39,929 nt of DNA from Candidatus Heimdallarchaeota archaeon (GCA_021399395.1 JAAFKJ010000031.1:1-39929); one strand, 5' to 3'. Shown: positions 18,331 through 28,667, counted from the stretch's first letter. Notes: generated by a model from the sequence alone, not told the origin. Translations and numbers: made by a program.

Positions 18331-19398
18331 CTAAATATCCACAACATCAATTTGTAAACCATCATCTTGCTTCAAAATATAAGCTAACCCTCCACCATTA
18401 ACAATAGCCTTTGCAACCTCCTTTTCTTTACTAGGAGAATATGCTAAGAAAGAACCACCGTTTCCACTTCCAAGTAGTTTACACCCTAAAGCTCCCGCAT
18501 TTTCAGCATAATGAATTAGTTCTTGCATTTTTTGTGTTACATTTTCGAAATATATTCGTTGATATTCATGGTGTTTGTTTATTAAGTCAGCGATGTCATT
18601 TGTTGTTGTGTCTTTATTTGTTATAATATCATACCCCTTTCTCACAACATCTCTAATCCCTAGAATCCCTAATAATCTCTGTAAGCCTACATTTTTTTCA
18701 TTTTCATATTCGGCAAGAACATCATGAAATGAACTTTTCTCCAAAGTAAAAGAAGCATCTTTCCCTTTCATTAGTTCTATTCCTTGATAGATTTCGTTTT
18801 TTCTTGTTGATATAGTTTGTATCGTTTCTTTTTTCGTTAGCGTATCACCAATCACTATACCTTCAATTTTTGAGTCCAGTTGTTCTAGGTTATATGGATC
18901 ACGGCATTCAAGATATACTAAATTGCCAATTACACTTGCATAATGATCCATCATCCCCCCTGGTTCGCCTAAATTTACAACTTCTGCTAAATACGCATTC
19001 CATGCAAGCTCTTTTTTTGTTGAATTATAATCAGAAGCTTTGTCAAAGAAGCCAATTAAAGCAGCACAAAATGCTGAGGAAGAAGATAGTCCTTTACCAA
19101 TAGGTAAATCTGATTTGACTGATAACACAGCCCCAAAGTTCTTGGGAAAAAATTTTTGATAAATATTGAAAGCAGATCTTATATAATCTCTTCTTCGCAA
19201 TCTATGCTGTTTCTCATTAGAAAAAACAGTTTTTCTATTTATATCATCTAAGTTTACTACAATCTTCCCACTTGAATTTGTTTTTCCTTGAATTTCTATC
19301 CTTTGGTTTATTGCCAGAGTTATTACTTCCAGACCCACATAGTCAACATCTTCTCCGAAAAGACAAACTCTTCCAGGTGATGAAGTGACTATTTTCAT
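18331..19398 (-). CDS. GHMP-family sugar kinase (galactokinase-like)
   Basis: PGRVCLFGEDVDY, PIGKGLSSS, GMMD, LGSGNGG. Confidence 0.88.
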   Translation of the reverse strand: MKIVTSSPGRVCLFGEDVDYVGLEVITLAINQRIEIQGKTNSSGKIVVNLDDINRKTVFSNEKQHRLRRRDYIRSAFNIYQKFFPKNFGAVLSVKSDLPIGKGLSSSSAFCAALIGFFDKASDYNSTKKELAWNAYLAEVVNLGEPGGMMDHYASVIGNLVYLECRDPYNLEQLDSKIEGIVIGDTLTKKETIQTISTRKNEIYQGIELMKGKDASFTLEKSSFHDVLAEYENEKNVGLQRLLGILGIRDVVRKGYDIITNKDTTTNDIADLINKHHEYQRIYFENVTQKMQELIHYAENAGALGCKLLGSGNGGSFLAYSPSKEKEVAKAIVNGGGLAYILKQDDGLQIDVVDI

Positions 19399-19404
19399 GG
19401 ATTT

Positions 19405-20736
19405 TTAACTCCAGTTCTCTTGAAATTTCTTTGCTGCAGTTTTTACTTTGTCAAAATCTAAAGTTTTGAATTGCCCATTATGGTAGAGAATTTTACCACC
19501 AACCATTGTCATGGTAACATCTTTTCCTGAGGACGAATAAATTAAGTGAGAGATTGGATCATATAATGGTAAGGCGTTAACTTGATCAATATCAATCATA
19601 ATCATATCCGCTTTCTTTCCTTTCTCAATAGAACCGATTTCCTTATCCCAATTGATTGCTTTTGCACCATCGATAGTTGCCATCTTAAGCACCCTAGACG
19701 CAGGTAAAGCTTGTTCATTCAAATGTTTAACTTTTTGAAGAAAGGTAGCCAATCTCATGTCTCTGAACATATCAAAGTTATTGTTACAAGGAGGTCCATC
19801 TGTCCCTATACCTACTAAGACTCCCAACTCATGATATCTTAGAACGTCGCAAATTCCAGAAGCTAGTTTGCAATTACTGCTAGGATTATGGGTTATGCGG
19901 GTATTGGATTCTTGTATTAACTTAAACTCTGCATCATCCAGCCATATACCATGCGCTAAGATAGTCTCTGATCCAAGAGCATTTAGATTGTTTAGAGCTC
20001 TGATGTAAGAATCATTGTACATTTTTTTTACTTCACTGCATTCTGCCTGAGACTCAGAAGCATGAGTATGTAGCATCAAATCCTCATAATCATGTTGAGT
20101 TTCAACTATTAAACGCATAAGTTTTGGAGAACAGGAAAGAAGAAAACGTGCGTTTAAAGAATATTTTATTCTTCCATCTTGTGTTTGATGATACGTATCA
20201 ATTTGCTTTCTTGTTGTTTCAATTACAGTTTCAGTTTCTTCTTTAATAATTGCAGGAAAGCCACTCTCTACATCCATTAACATTTTACCAATTCTAGCTC
20301 GTATGCCACTTTTCACTGCAGCTTCTATTCCTAAGTTAGAATGATGAGTAGTTAGCATGTCGTTTGTTGTCGTTGTTCCTGTTCGTATCATCTCGGCAAA
20401 GCCTAGAAGTGAAGAGAAATAAACCTCTTCAGATGTATAATTAGCTTCACCAGGTAAAACAACTTGTCTTAACCAGTCTAGAAGTGCGTAATCATCTGCT
20501 TTTCCTCTTAGAAAAGTTTGCACACTATGACTATGAGTGTTTACTAGACCAGGTAGGATAATCTTGTTTTGTCCTTCAATAATTTGTTTTGCTGAATAGT
20601 CTTCATGTATTTTCTTTCTAGAACCTATATCTACAATCAAACCTTCAGATACATATATCGCCGCATCATTTATGACTGAGTTTTGTCCATCACAAGTAAC
20701 TAACATATCGGCTTCTAAAATCGTGTCCTTCAACAT
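19405..20736 (-). CDS. Metal-dependent amidohydrolase (MtaD/guanine deaminase-like)
   Basis: PGLVNTHSH, HTHASE, AHG, NPSSNCKLASG, GTDG. ATG 20736 preferred; the ORF track starts at 20778. Confidence 0.9.
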   Translation of the reverse strand: MLKDTILEADMLVTCDGQNSVINDAAIYVSEGLIVDIGSRKKIHEDYSAKQIIEGQNKIILPGLVNTHSHSVQTFLRGKADDYALLDWLRQVVLPGEANYTSEEVYFSSLLGFAEMIRTGTTTTNDMLTTHHSNLGIEAAVKSGIRARIGKMLMDVESGFPAIIKEETETVIETTRKQIDTYHQTQDGRIKYSLNARFLLSCSPKLMRLIVETQHDYEDLMLHTHASESQAECSEVKKMYNDSYIRALNNLNALGSETILAHGIWLDDAEFKLIQESNTRITHNPSSNCKLASGICDVLRYHELGVLVGIGTDGPPCNNNFDMFRDMRLATFLQKVKHLNEQALPASRVLKMATIDGAKAINWDKEIGSIEKGKKADMIMIDIDQVNALPLYDPISHLIYSSSGKDVTMTMVGGKILYHNGQFKTLDFDKVKTAAKKFQENWS

Positions 20737-20789
20737 TACCAGTGAAAACTGAAATTCGAAACTTTTTAAGTTTCTCATCTACACCAGCA

Positions 20790-20945
20790 AGATTTATTGA
20801 GAATAACTTAATGATGGGTGGCTTTCTCTTGTTATATTGGACAAGAATAGTTAATATCTTCCTTAGAGTTCACTATATAGGACAACTCAGTTCTTCTATA
20901 CTCACTCTGAGTGGATACATCACGTATCCTCCTACCCCGTTCACA
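20790..20945 (-). ncRNA. Candidate TnpB reRNA/omegaRNA scaffold region; limits uncertain
   Basis: TnpB guide scaffolds are known to overlap the 3' end of tnpB. Hairpins seen at 20913-20929 (GGATAC/GTATCC) and 20827-20846 (TCTTGT/ACAAGA). Confidence 0.4.
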
Positions 20946-22147
20946 TTCCTTCTGGGAAATGCTTTCGGATCGCTTTTTACTAGTATGTTATAGGCAGCAT
21001 TTACATCAGCATTGATTAAGTAACCTTGAGCTGATCTGAACAATCCCCTTTTAATTCGTCTACCTACATAATTTGACCTAAATTGTGGAAACTCGTTATC
21101 AAGAAAACTGCACTTTGAGGTATAATCTTCAGGTATTAGCTCAATCGCTATTCCATACTCAGCAGCTTTATATTTCAATGTATTAATAATGCGCATATAA
21201 GGGATTGTAACAAACATCTGAGTAAGTTTTTTCCAAAAATGTATTCCTTGTTTCCACTTCTTGTTGTACCCAATTATTACTTCATGGATTCCACGCTCCA
21301 CACATAGTTTAACTAAATAGTGGGTGAGTTTGTGAATTGCATCTTTGAGTTTCCTTCTCCATTTTTCCCGAAGCTTGTAAAAGCTTGTTCCATATTGAAG
21401 TTTATTTTTTGTTTTCAGTTGCTTTCTCTGTTGCTGAACATAGTTGTTTCTTAATTGTGTCTGTTTCTTCAAATAATATTGTGTTACTGATTTTATCCCT
21501 TTCCCGTGATCCTTGACAACAATCGGCTGATTCCCGAGGTTATCCACAAAGGTCACGAGGTTGGTTATCCCTAAATCAATTGCTCCTTTCCGCTTAGGAT
21601 TCTTCTTCATTTTTGGAATTGTTTTGAGATATACTATCTCCAGAGTATATCCTACTCGTCGAGGTATAATTCTCACTTCTCTTAACTTGGAACTTGCAGC
21701 TAATCTAGTTTTACAATAAAATCCAACTTTCTTAGGTAAAACTAACCATCCATTTACAATTCTTGCTTGTTGATTACTAATGATGGCGATATCCTCCCCT
21801 TTCTTTGATTTATATCCAGGAGGAAGTGGCATTGAAAAAAAGAGAGTAGAATCCTTCTTCCATTCTTTTAGAGCTTGAAAATATCCCTTCCAGTTCCTAC
21901 AGAGAACTTTGAGAGTTTGCTGAGCAGTATGTGCAGGAAGCACTTTGTAGCATTCTTCTGATTTCAAGAGAACATTAAGATCATAGTAATATAGAATTTT
22001 ATTTTGGTTTTTCAGTGTTTTTTTAGTAAGAAAATTAGCTCGATTGTAGAGATTCTTTACTTGATGACAAAGCGTACTTAAATTTGGATGATATTTTATT
22101 TCTATGCATTCTACTCGCAAAACCTGTGTCATCAATTGTCTAGCCAT
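20873..22147 (-). CDS. tnpB: TnpB (IS200/IS605 OrfB) RNA-guided endonuclease
   Basis: RuvC-I AIDLG, IIGYN..WKQ, EDYTSKC, RuvC-III INADVNAAYNIL. Confidence 0.93.
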   Translation of the reverse strand: MARQLMTQVLRVECIEIKYHPNLSTLCHQVKNLYNRANFLTKKTLKNQNKILYYYDLNVLLKSEECYKVLPAHTAQQTLKVLCRNWKGYFQALKEWKKDSTLFFSMPLPPGYKSKKGEDIAIISNQQARIVNGWLVLPKKVGFYCKTRLAASSKLREVRIIPRRVGYTLEIVYLKTIPKMKKNPKRKGAIDLGITNLVTFVDNLGNQPIVVKDHGKGIKSVTQYYLKKQTQLRNNYVQQQRKQLKTKNKLQYGTSFYKLREKWRRKLKDAIHKLTHYLVKLCVERGIHEVIIGYNKKWKQGIHFWKKLTQMFVTIPYMRIINTLKYKAAEYGIAIELIPEDYTSKCSFLDNEFPQFRSNYVGRRIKRGLFRSAQGYLINADVNAAYNILVKSDPKAFPRRNVNGVGGYVMYPLRVSIEELSCPI

Positions 22148-22281
22148 ATTTTGCTATAAAAGCCCCAGTAATATTTGTTTTTGAAGATATTTATGCTAAT
22201 GTTTTGCTCAAATAAATTAGGAAAGTGGCTATAGTTATTTATACATCCTTCGTCTTATGTATTTTTGATAAGGAGATACTT

Positions 22282-22941
22282 ATGTCCGAGGATCAACTTT
22301 CTGCGCTTACAGAGAAAATTTTAGCGTGTGAGGCTTGTCATCTTAAAGATAGTAGAACCAAAATTGTACCAGGAATCTATGGTCCCGTCAATGGTTTGTG
22401 TTTCATCGGAGAGGCTCCAGGATATTATGAAGACAAGCAAGGTGTGCCATTTATCGGACGTTCGGGACAATTATTAGACAACATGCTTGCCGACATAGGA
22501 ATGAAGAGAGAAGAGGATATCAGTATTCTCAATATTATCAAGTGTCGTCCTACAACTGATGAAGGAAAAAACAGAACTCCTACTGAATCTGAACTTCGTT
22601 TTTGTGGTGAAAGATGGTTGTACAAACAACTAAGCATTCTTTCACCCAGACTTATAGTCACCATAGGAGGGATACCACTGAAATTTTTCATACCTTCTGC
22701 TGCTGTTACCAAGTATGTGAAGAAAGCATTTGATACCGATCTAGGAATTAAATTGTATGTATCTTATCATCCAGCCTATATCTTAAGGAACTATAATTTA
22801 ATGGAAGAATACAGTGAGCATTTTAAGGATATAAAAAACCTGTATGATAAACTATTGAATGAGCAAGGTATTGACCAACCCAAGAAACAGGTTCTTGGTT
22901 CTCATAGTGAACAAAAGTCCTTAACTGATTTCTTTGGTTAA
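22282..22941 (+). CDS. udg: Family-4 (Fe-S) uracil-DNA glycosylase with C-terminal PIP box
   Basis: CEAC, GEAPG, PFIGRSG, NIIKCRP, YHPAY; ends QKSLTDFF. ATG 22282 follows AGGAG. Confidence 0.92.
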   Translation: MSEDQLSALTEKILACEACHLKDSRTKIVPGIYGPVNGLCFIGEAPGYYEDKQGVPFIGRSGQLLDNMLADIGMKREEDISILNIIKCRPTTDEGKNRTPTESELRFCGERWLYKQLSILSPRLIVTIGGIPLKFFIPSAAVTKYVKKAFDTDLGIKLYVSYHPAYILRNYNLMEEYSEHFKDIKNLYDKLLNEQGIDQPKKQVLGSHSEQKSLTDFFG

Positions 22942-23010
22942 AATTTATTCAGTTACAAACATCTATTTCAAAGAGAATCATTTATATTCAAAGTTGAGAC
23001 CCGTTGATTA

Positions 23011-24402
23011 ATGACGAAGAAGCCAAAACTTTTTGGTACAGCTGGAATAAGAGGACCATTTGGTTCTAAAATTACTGCCGAACTAGTTTTTCAAGTCAGT
23101 CAAGCTGTTTCCAAAATGTATCCATCCGAGGGCATTTTAGTAGGTCATGATGCAAGGACTTCATCAGAAGCACTAGTCCAATGTGCAAGTGCTGCGCTCT
23201 CTCTAGCAGGCGGAAAGGTCTTCAAAGTGGGTCTTTGTACATTTCCTGTTATTGCTAACTTAACGTTGAATCCAAAACATTCTGTTGCCATTTACATTAC
23301 AGCATCTCACAATCCCCCCCCAGACAATGGAATAAAGGTCTTAAGAAAAGGTCGAGAATTTGTTATGTCTGAACAAGATGAAATAGAGGCGTTCATCGAT
23401 CAAAGACAAGTAGAAAAACTTGGTTTCATTCATGATAATTGGGATACAATTCAACCACAACTAGAATTAACAGATGCAAATGAACAGTATTTCAAGAGGA
23501 TCACTGATGAATTGGACATACAAGGAGATGGAAGAAAGGTTATTCTTGACTGTGCGAATGGCCCTATGTCAGAACTCGCTCCTTTACTATTGTCACATTA
23601 CGGTTTTCAAACAACAACTATCAATTCCCATATAGATGGCTTCTTCCCAGGAAGACTAGCTGAACCAAGCCCCGAAAATCTTGAAACTCTTATAGGTTTA
23701 TGCAAAAAAGAAAAAATACTAGGTGCAGCTTTTGATGGGGATGGAGACAGACTAGCAATTATTAACGAAGAGGGCGAATTTGTTGAATTATCTCGAGTTA
23801 ATTCTTTACTTGCATTATTAGCTATAGAAGAAGCAGGTTCTGGAAAAGTAATAATTAGTATTGATTCATCCACCACAATTGATAGAACTGTGGAAAAAGA
23901 AGGAGCTGTTATTGTAAGAACAAAACTTGGTGAACTACACACTGAAGGATCAAAATTGATTGAAAAAGGTGAAAAAATTGTTTTCGCATCCGAACCTTGG
24001 AAGCCAATTTTCCCAAAATGGGGTTTTTGGATTGATGGATTATATGGCCTTCTTAAAATTTTGAAAGTGATTACAAGCCGTAAAATAACTGTATCTGAAG
24101 CTATGAAAGACATACCACTTCATATTGCTAAAAGAAAGGCATACTATGTAAACATTGACAAAGCAGAAGAAATTTTTGAGAAATGCAAACTAAGACTCAA
24201 GGAATCATTGGAGGAAGAAACAAAGAAAGAGCTAACCATAGATGGCCTAAGATACGACCTTGAAGATAGCACTTGGGTTCTAATTCGTAAATCAGGTACA
24301 GAACCAAAAATCAGGATTTACTATGAAGCTCCAAACCAACCTCGATTTGATTGGATAGAAAACATTGTTAAAGGATTAGAAAAAATGATTAATGAAGAGT
24401 GA
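23011..24402 (+). CDS. Alpha-D-phosphohexomutase (PMM/PGM/GlmM family)
   Basis: LFGTAGIRG, TASHNP, FDGDGDR, RKSGTEPKIR. Confidence 0.92.
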   Translation: MTKKPKLFGTAGIRGPFGSKITAELVFQVSQAVSKMYPSEGILVGHDARTSSEALVQCASAALSLAGGKVFKVGLCTFPVIANLTLNPKHSVAIYITASHNPPPDNGIKVLRKGREFVMSEQDEIEAFIDQRQVEKLGFIHDNWDTIQPQLELTDANEQYFKRITDELDIQGDGRKVILDCANGPMSELAPLLLSHYGFQTTTINSHIDGFFPGRLAEPSPENLETLIGLCKKEKILGAAFDGDGDRLAIINEEGEFVELSRVNSLLALLAIEEAGSGKVIISIDSSTTIDRTVEKEGAVIVRTKLGELHTEGSKLIEKGEKIVFASEPWKPIFPKWGFWIDGLYGLLKILKVITSRKITVSEAMKDIPLHIAKRKAYYVNIDKAEEIFEKCKLRLKESLEEETKKELTIDGLRYDLEDSTWVLIRKSGTEPKIRIYYEAPNQPRFDWIENIVKGLEKMINEE

Positions 24403-24784
24403 TCAAATGGTTTCTGAAGTAATTAAAGAAGAACTAAGATTGACAAATGAAAGATTGAGAATAACAATAGCAATTTTACTATTCTGGGTAGTAATAACTA
24501 CGCTAGATATCACCTCTGTAATAAATTTGGGCGAGGAAGGAACTAAATTTGTAATCTATGCAATCATGGCTACTGCTGCAATATTATTGATTTTGTGTTC
24601 ATTAATAGTTCAAGCTCAACCATTAATCAGTCAGATGTTGAAAAACAGAAAGAATGTTGAACAATTTTGGGAAACAGAGGAAAAATTGAAGCCTGATATC
24701 GAAAAGAGAAGAAAAGCAAGCGAAGTAATATTGATTATTGGAATATTAGTTATGTTAATAGCTTTGCTCTTTGTAGCTGTTTAG
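24392..24784 (+). CDS. Small membrane protein (about 3 TM)
   Basis: Three hydrophobic stretches; overlaps the mutase stop. Confidence 0.65.
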   Translation: MKSDQMVSEVIKEELRLTNERLRITIAILLFWVVITTLDITSVINLGEEGTKFVIYAIMATAAILLILCSLIVQAQPLISQMLKNRKNVEQFWETEEKLKPDIEKRRKASEVILIIGILVMLIALLFVAV

Positions 24785-25150
24785 GAATTCTAATTTCCCC
24801 TAATCTTTCAATTTAATTTGATAAGCTGCTTTTGATTTCCAATAAATTCGAAAGAGTTGTTTTTTGAGTTATTTTGTTTCTTTTTGTTATTTTTACTTCT
24901 CTCAAAATCGCCTTATCCTCAAGAATTCTTTTATGCCGAAGGTATGGTCAGATTTACGTTTGATTAAAGAATCAAAAAGTGAATAAAACATGACCTTCCA
25001 AGAAGTTCTAGTCATTTCTCCAGTCGAAAAAGGGGGGTTTTGAAAGAACCAGAGGTCACTGAAAGTATTTAGTATCTTATTAGAAGGTTCACTCATAATC
25101 TAGATGCTGAGGGCATAGCTTTATTTAGTCAACCATTTTGATTTATTTGA

Positions 25151-25912
25151 ATGAATAAAACCAATTTATGGGAGTATGCTATTTTTTTTGATGATGGGGG
25201 AGTTATGAACGATAATCGGCTTCGTGGCATACAATGGCAAAAAATGATAGGAGATTATTTTTCACCAAAGTATGGAGAAGAACCATACAGATGGGCAGAA
25301 GCCAACTTCGAATTTATTGAAGCGTTTACAACAGAGTATAATGAAGACATACAAGAATCTCAGAAAATCGAGTACAATTCATTCTATGATAATTTTATTA
25401 ATCGGTGGATTTCAGAGATGTTCGAGTACGTTGGAGTTCCCCCTCCAGCTAAAAATCTGTATAAGGAAATTTATTTTGATGTAATTGATTGGATAACCCC
25501 AAATGTAAAATCATCTTTTTCTGGGGTAAGTGATACGATTAAATCTCTTCACAATCAAGGTTTCAAGATATATACTGCGTCTGCAGAGCATTCTTCTGAA
25601 CTGAAAGGTTATCTTCGTGGGATGAGAGTTAAGGAATATTTTACCAACTTCTATGGTCCAGATCTTATCAATACTCACAAAACTAGTGAGTTATTTTATG
25701 AAAAAATCTTCAAAGATATTGGCTTAAATCCTAGAAGAGCAATAGTCCTCGATGATAATCCAAAATTTCTAGAGTATGCGAAGAAACTTGAAGCCAATGT
25801 TATCCAAGTATGTTTGACAGGAGAACATAAACCTATTTTTGACAACTATATCGAACAAATGATAGATTTACCTGAAGAAGTTTTGAAACTGATAAAAAAA
25901 GTAAAAAAATAG
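25151..25912 (+). CDS. HAD-superfamily hydrolase
   Basis: FFDDGGV (motif I), TAS (II), K (III), LDDN (IV); TATA-like TTTATTTA at 25120-25127. Confidence 0.85.
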   Translation: MNKTNLWEYAIFFDDGGVMNDNRLRGIQWQKMIGDYFSPKYGEEPYRWAEANFEFIEAFTTEYNEDIQESQKIEYNSFYDNFINRWISEMFEYVGVPPPAKNLYKEIYFDVIDWITPNVKSSFSGVSDTIKSLHNQGFKIYTASAEHSSELKGYLRGMRVKEYFTNFYGPDLINTHKTSELFYEKIFKDIGLNPRRAIVLDDNPKFLEYAKKLEANVIQVCLTGEHKPIFDNYIEQMIDLPEEVLKLIKKVKK

Positions 25913-25923
25913 AAAGATGGGAA

Positions 25924-27408
25924 TTACTCTTTATCATATATTCCCTTATATGGTGCTCTTTCACCTTTCATATATCTTTCATGTGGATCTTTGATAAACC
26001 ATGCAATCAGAACTCCTAATGAAAAAAGTACTAATAAGCTTGCAAGAGCAATTCTCATTGGGATGGCTTGATCAACTATTTCTTGAGAACCTTGGAAATA
26101 AGGATCAGTAAGAAAAATCACTAAACCAAATAAGAGTGGGGATACAATTGCACTCACTCTTCCAGCAATTTTCTGGAAACCACCGTACTGAGCTAGTTTT
26201 GAAGGCGGTGCAAGAACCATGATAAATTGTCTTCCAACAATCCATATCCCTCCAAAACCTACACCAATGAATACCGCACCGAAGAATATTACCCATGAAG
26301 GAATTGTTATTGAACCTATTTTCAATCCACTTATGCAGAATATAGCTATAGCAATGAACCAAGATATTCCAACACCTAAGAAAAGTTTCTTTGGTCCTAA
26401 TCTGTTCATAAGTCTTCCAACAATAACACCAAAAATTATAGAGAAAACTATTCCACCTAGAATGACATAGAAAGTTTTTCCTTCAAGTGCTGTACCACCC
26501 ATAATGGAAACCACTGGTACCATGTAAAGAATCGTTGTATTTGCAGCATCCGTGATGAAGAACCAAGCTAAGAAGAACAACCATGAATTCTTATCAGAAA
26601 CAATTGCTTTGAGTGATGTTTTGAAATTGGATAGTGATGATCTCACATGCTCTCCAGCTGACATAGGTTTCTCAGGTGGATTTTCTACTTCCTTATGGAA
26701 AAGATAAGGAATACTAATCAGAATTATAATCACGGCAGATATTAAGAATAAATATCTTAAACCACCATAATTAATGGTTGCTGGATTTATTACTTCGTCT
26801 CCTACTTGCCAGATTCCAGTGTTCACTTCAGTATGGGGACCAAATAAACCAGGAATTGCTATAACCATACTCAAAAGTATTGCTATTACTGAACCAAATG
26901 CTGCGAGTGCACCACCAATAGCTTGAGTAAAACCTCTTTTTTCTGTTTCAGCAATAAATGGGATTTGAGCATCATAAAACATTCTACCTGCTTGATAGCA
27001 GAAGTTTGCTATAACAAATAAAATACATGCCCACCAGAAGTTCTGCCAAATCGTAATCATTGCAGTTGCGGTCACCATTATACCTGCTGAGATAAGTACT
27101 GCGGGTTTTCTTTTCCCTACTTTATCAGAGATCGCTCCCATGATTGGTCCAAGTATTGCTATCAAAAGATTTGAACCAGCCATGAAAACTGACATTATGA
27201 TAAATACTGTAGAAAACGCCCAACCCATTTGTACACCCAGTAGAAGAACAAATGGAGTAAATGCTAGACTTATTACAGATTGCGAAAAGAAAGTATCTGC
27301 CATATCATAACTGTACCATAACCATGCATTTTTACCACTGGTCTGTTTTGATTCTAATTCGGTTTCTTTAATATCATCTTTATCTAAAACAACATCAATA
27401 TTTGACAT
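25924..27408 (-). CDS. MFS transporter (UMF1/Atg22-like)
   Basis: About 12 TM; WYSYDMA, GAISDKVGKRK, FYDAQIP, GRVSAIVSP. Confidence 0.88.
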   Translation of the reverse strand: MSNIDVVLDKDDIKETELESKQTSGKNAWLWYSYDMADTFFSQSVISLAFTPFVLLLGVQMGWAFSTVFIIMSVFMAGSNLLIAILGPIMGAISDKVGKRKPAVLISAGIMVTATAMITIWQNFWWACILFVIANFCYQAGRMFYDAQIPFIAETEKRGFTQAIGGALAAFGSVIAILLSMVIAIPGLFGPHTEVNTGIWQVGDEVINPATINYGGLRYLFLISAVIIILISIPYLFHKEVENPPEKPMSAGEHVRSSLSNFKTSLKAIVSDKNSWLFFLAWFFITDAANTTILYMVPVVSIMGGTALEGKTFYVILGGIVFSIIFGVIVGRLMNRLGPKKLFLGVGISWFIAIAIFCISGLKIGSITIPSWVIFFGAVFIGVGFGGIWIVGRQFIMVLAPPSKLAQYGGFQKIAGRVSAIVSPLLFGLVIFLTDPYFQGSQEIVDQAIPMRIALASLLVLFSLGVLIAWFIKDPHERYMKGERAPYKGIYDKE

Positions 27409-27522
27409 TTTTTCACCTCAAATTGTCTCCTGAAGGAGAATTTTTGTCTTCTACTGTACTAGTTTAATTTAAATATTCACTTAAAATGCAAGAAATTTCA
27501 GTCTTTACAGAGCTTTTTAGTT

Positions 27523-28506
27523 CTATCGAGGAATTTTTTTCTCAAAATCTTCCAAAGAAGGAGGAATTCCTTCATCTTTAGTCACTTTGCTGAACTCTAG
27601 ATTTACTAATCCCATTAATCGCTCTCTTCTGGATTCATCTGTTTTGATGAAAATGAATCTACTAGATGGCATTTCTGCTGCAATTTTTGTGTAAGTAATT
27701 TGATCATGAATTTTATCTTGGGTGCCATTGATAATGAATACTTCTTTTGTAATTCCAGAAATAGTACCAAAGAGTTCAAAATCTCTTACAGATTCTGCAG
27801 CTCTTTTCCATTTCCAAGGTTCAGCATTATCAATGAAATTTTCAGCTCTCTTTCTTTGAACTTCCTCATTCATTCCTCTCATTTGAATTCTTCTAAGTAT
27901 GGGTTTCATCATTCTAATAACAAAAACAGGAAGAAATGGAGTTACGTATTTCAAAAACCATTTTGGAAACCACAAAGTATGCATTGGATCATGAGTAATA
28001 ATAGTAGGAGCGTCTATAGTTCCATCAATTAAGCCGTGTAAGAGTATAGCTCCACCCCAGCAAGTACCAAAGAGAACAAAATCTTCTTTGTCCAATTTTA
28101 GATAATTGATTACATCTTGAATATCTTTGGCTTTTTGGTTCATATCCATTTTAGCCTTTTTTCTATCCAATTTACTACTTCTCTTTTCACGAGTTTCAAC
28201 ATAATAGCACTCAACTTTATCATGAATGACTTCATAGAAGTCCACGTACCCCATTTCAGTTCCACCCCATCCAGGAACAAAAATTAAAGGACGTTTTGAA
28301 ATTGGATTATCAGGTTTAAAATGATATATTCGAATCTCTCCATCATCAACGGGGACATACAGTATCTCAGTGGTACTACTTTCCCAAAAATCTGGAACAT
28401 CTCTTTCTGTAGCTGTCAACATCTCTTGAGCTTTCTGTTCTAATTCAGGATTTATGTCTAACACTGATTGTTCTTTAATTAGAGGTTCATTAATTGGGAT
28501 CCCCAT
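27523..28506 (-). CDS. Alpha/beta-hydrolase fold protein with Cys in the nucleophile elbow
   Basis: FVPGW oxyanion loop, GTCWGG, GTQD. Confidence 0.75.
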   Translation of the reverse strand: MGIPINEPLIKEQSVLDINPELEQKAQEMLTATERDVPDFWESSTTEILYVPVDDGEIRIYHFKPDNPISKRPLIFVPGWGGTEMGYVDFYEVIHDKVECYYVETREKRSSKLDRKKAKMDMNQKAKDIQDVINYLKLDKEDFVLFGTCWGGAILLHGLIDGTIDAPTIITHDPMHTLWFPKWFLKYVTPFLPVFVIRMMKPILRRIQMRGMNEEVQRKRAENFIDNAEPWKWKRAAESVRDFELFGTISGITKEVFIINGTQDKIHDQITYTKIAAEMPSSRFIFIKTDESRRERLMGLVNLEFSKVTKDEGIPPSLEDFEKKIPR

Positions 28507-28667
28507 GAATTTTGTTCAAATGTACCAATTATTAAACTTGTTATTTGATGTGAACTAATTAGAAGAACATTTTAAATTATAAGGCGAAAAGAACAACTAC
28601 CTTATTGGAAGGGTGAATATTCTCGGAATTAACCTTGCTGTTTAGGTCACTTTCTGGTGAAGGAACC

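Larger units (their letters stand above)
20790..22200 (-). mobile_element. TnpB-only (IS1341-like) element; boundaries approximate
   Basis: tnpB with no tnpA in the window, lying between the divergent amidohydrolase and UDG genes; hairpins near the 3' end. Confidence 0.55.

Noticed and set aside
20873-22147. Cas12f or a complete autonomous IS605 element
   Set aside because: No CRISPR array, cas1/cas2 or tnpA in the window.
23607-24113. 168-aa antisense ORF and the many similar short antisense or overlapping ORFs in the track
   Set aside because: They lie within well-supported genes on the other strand or frame and have no motifs of their own.
24902-25096. 64-aa minus-strand ORF in the gap before the HAD gene
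   Set aside because: No motif or clear expression signal; left uncalled.
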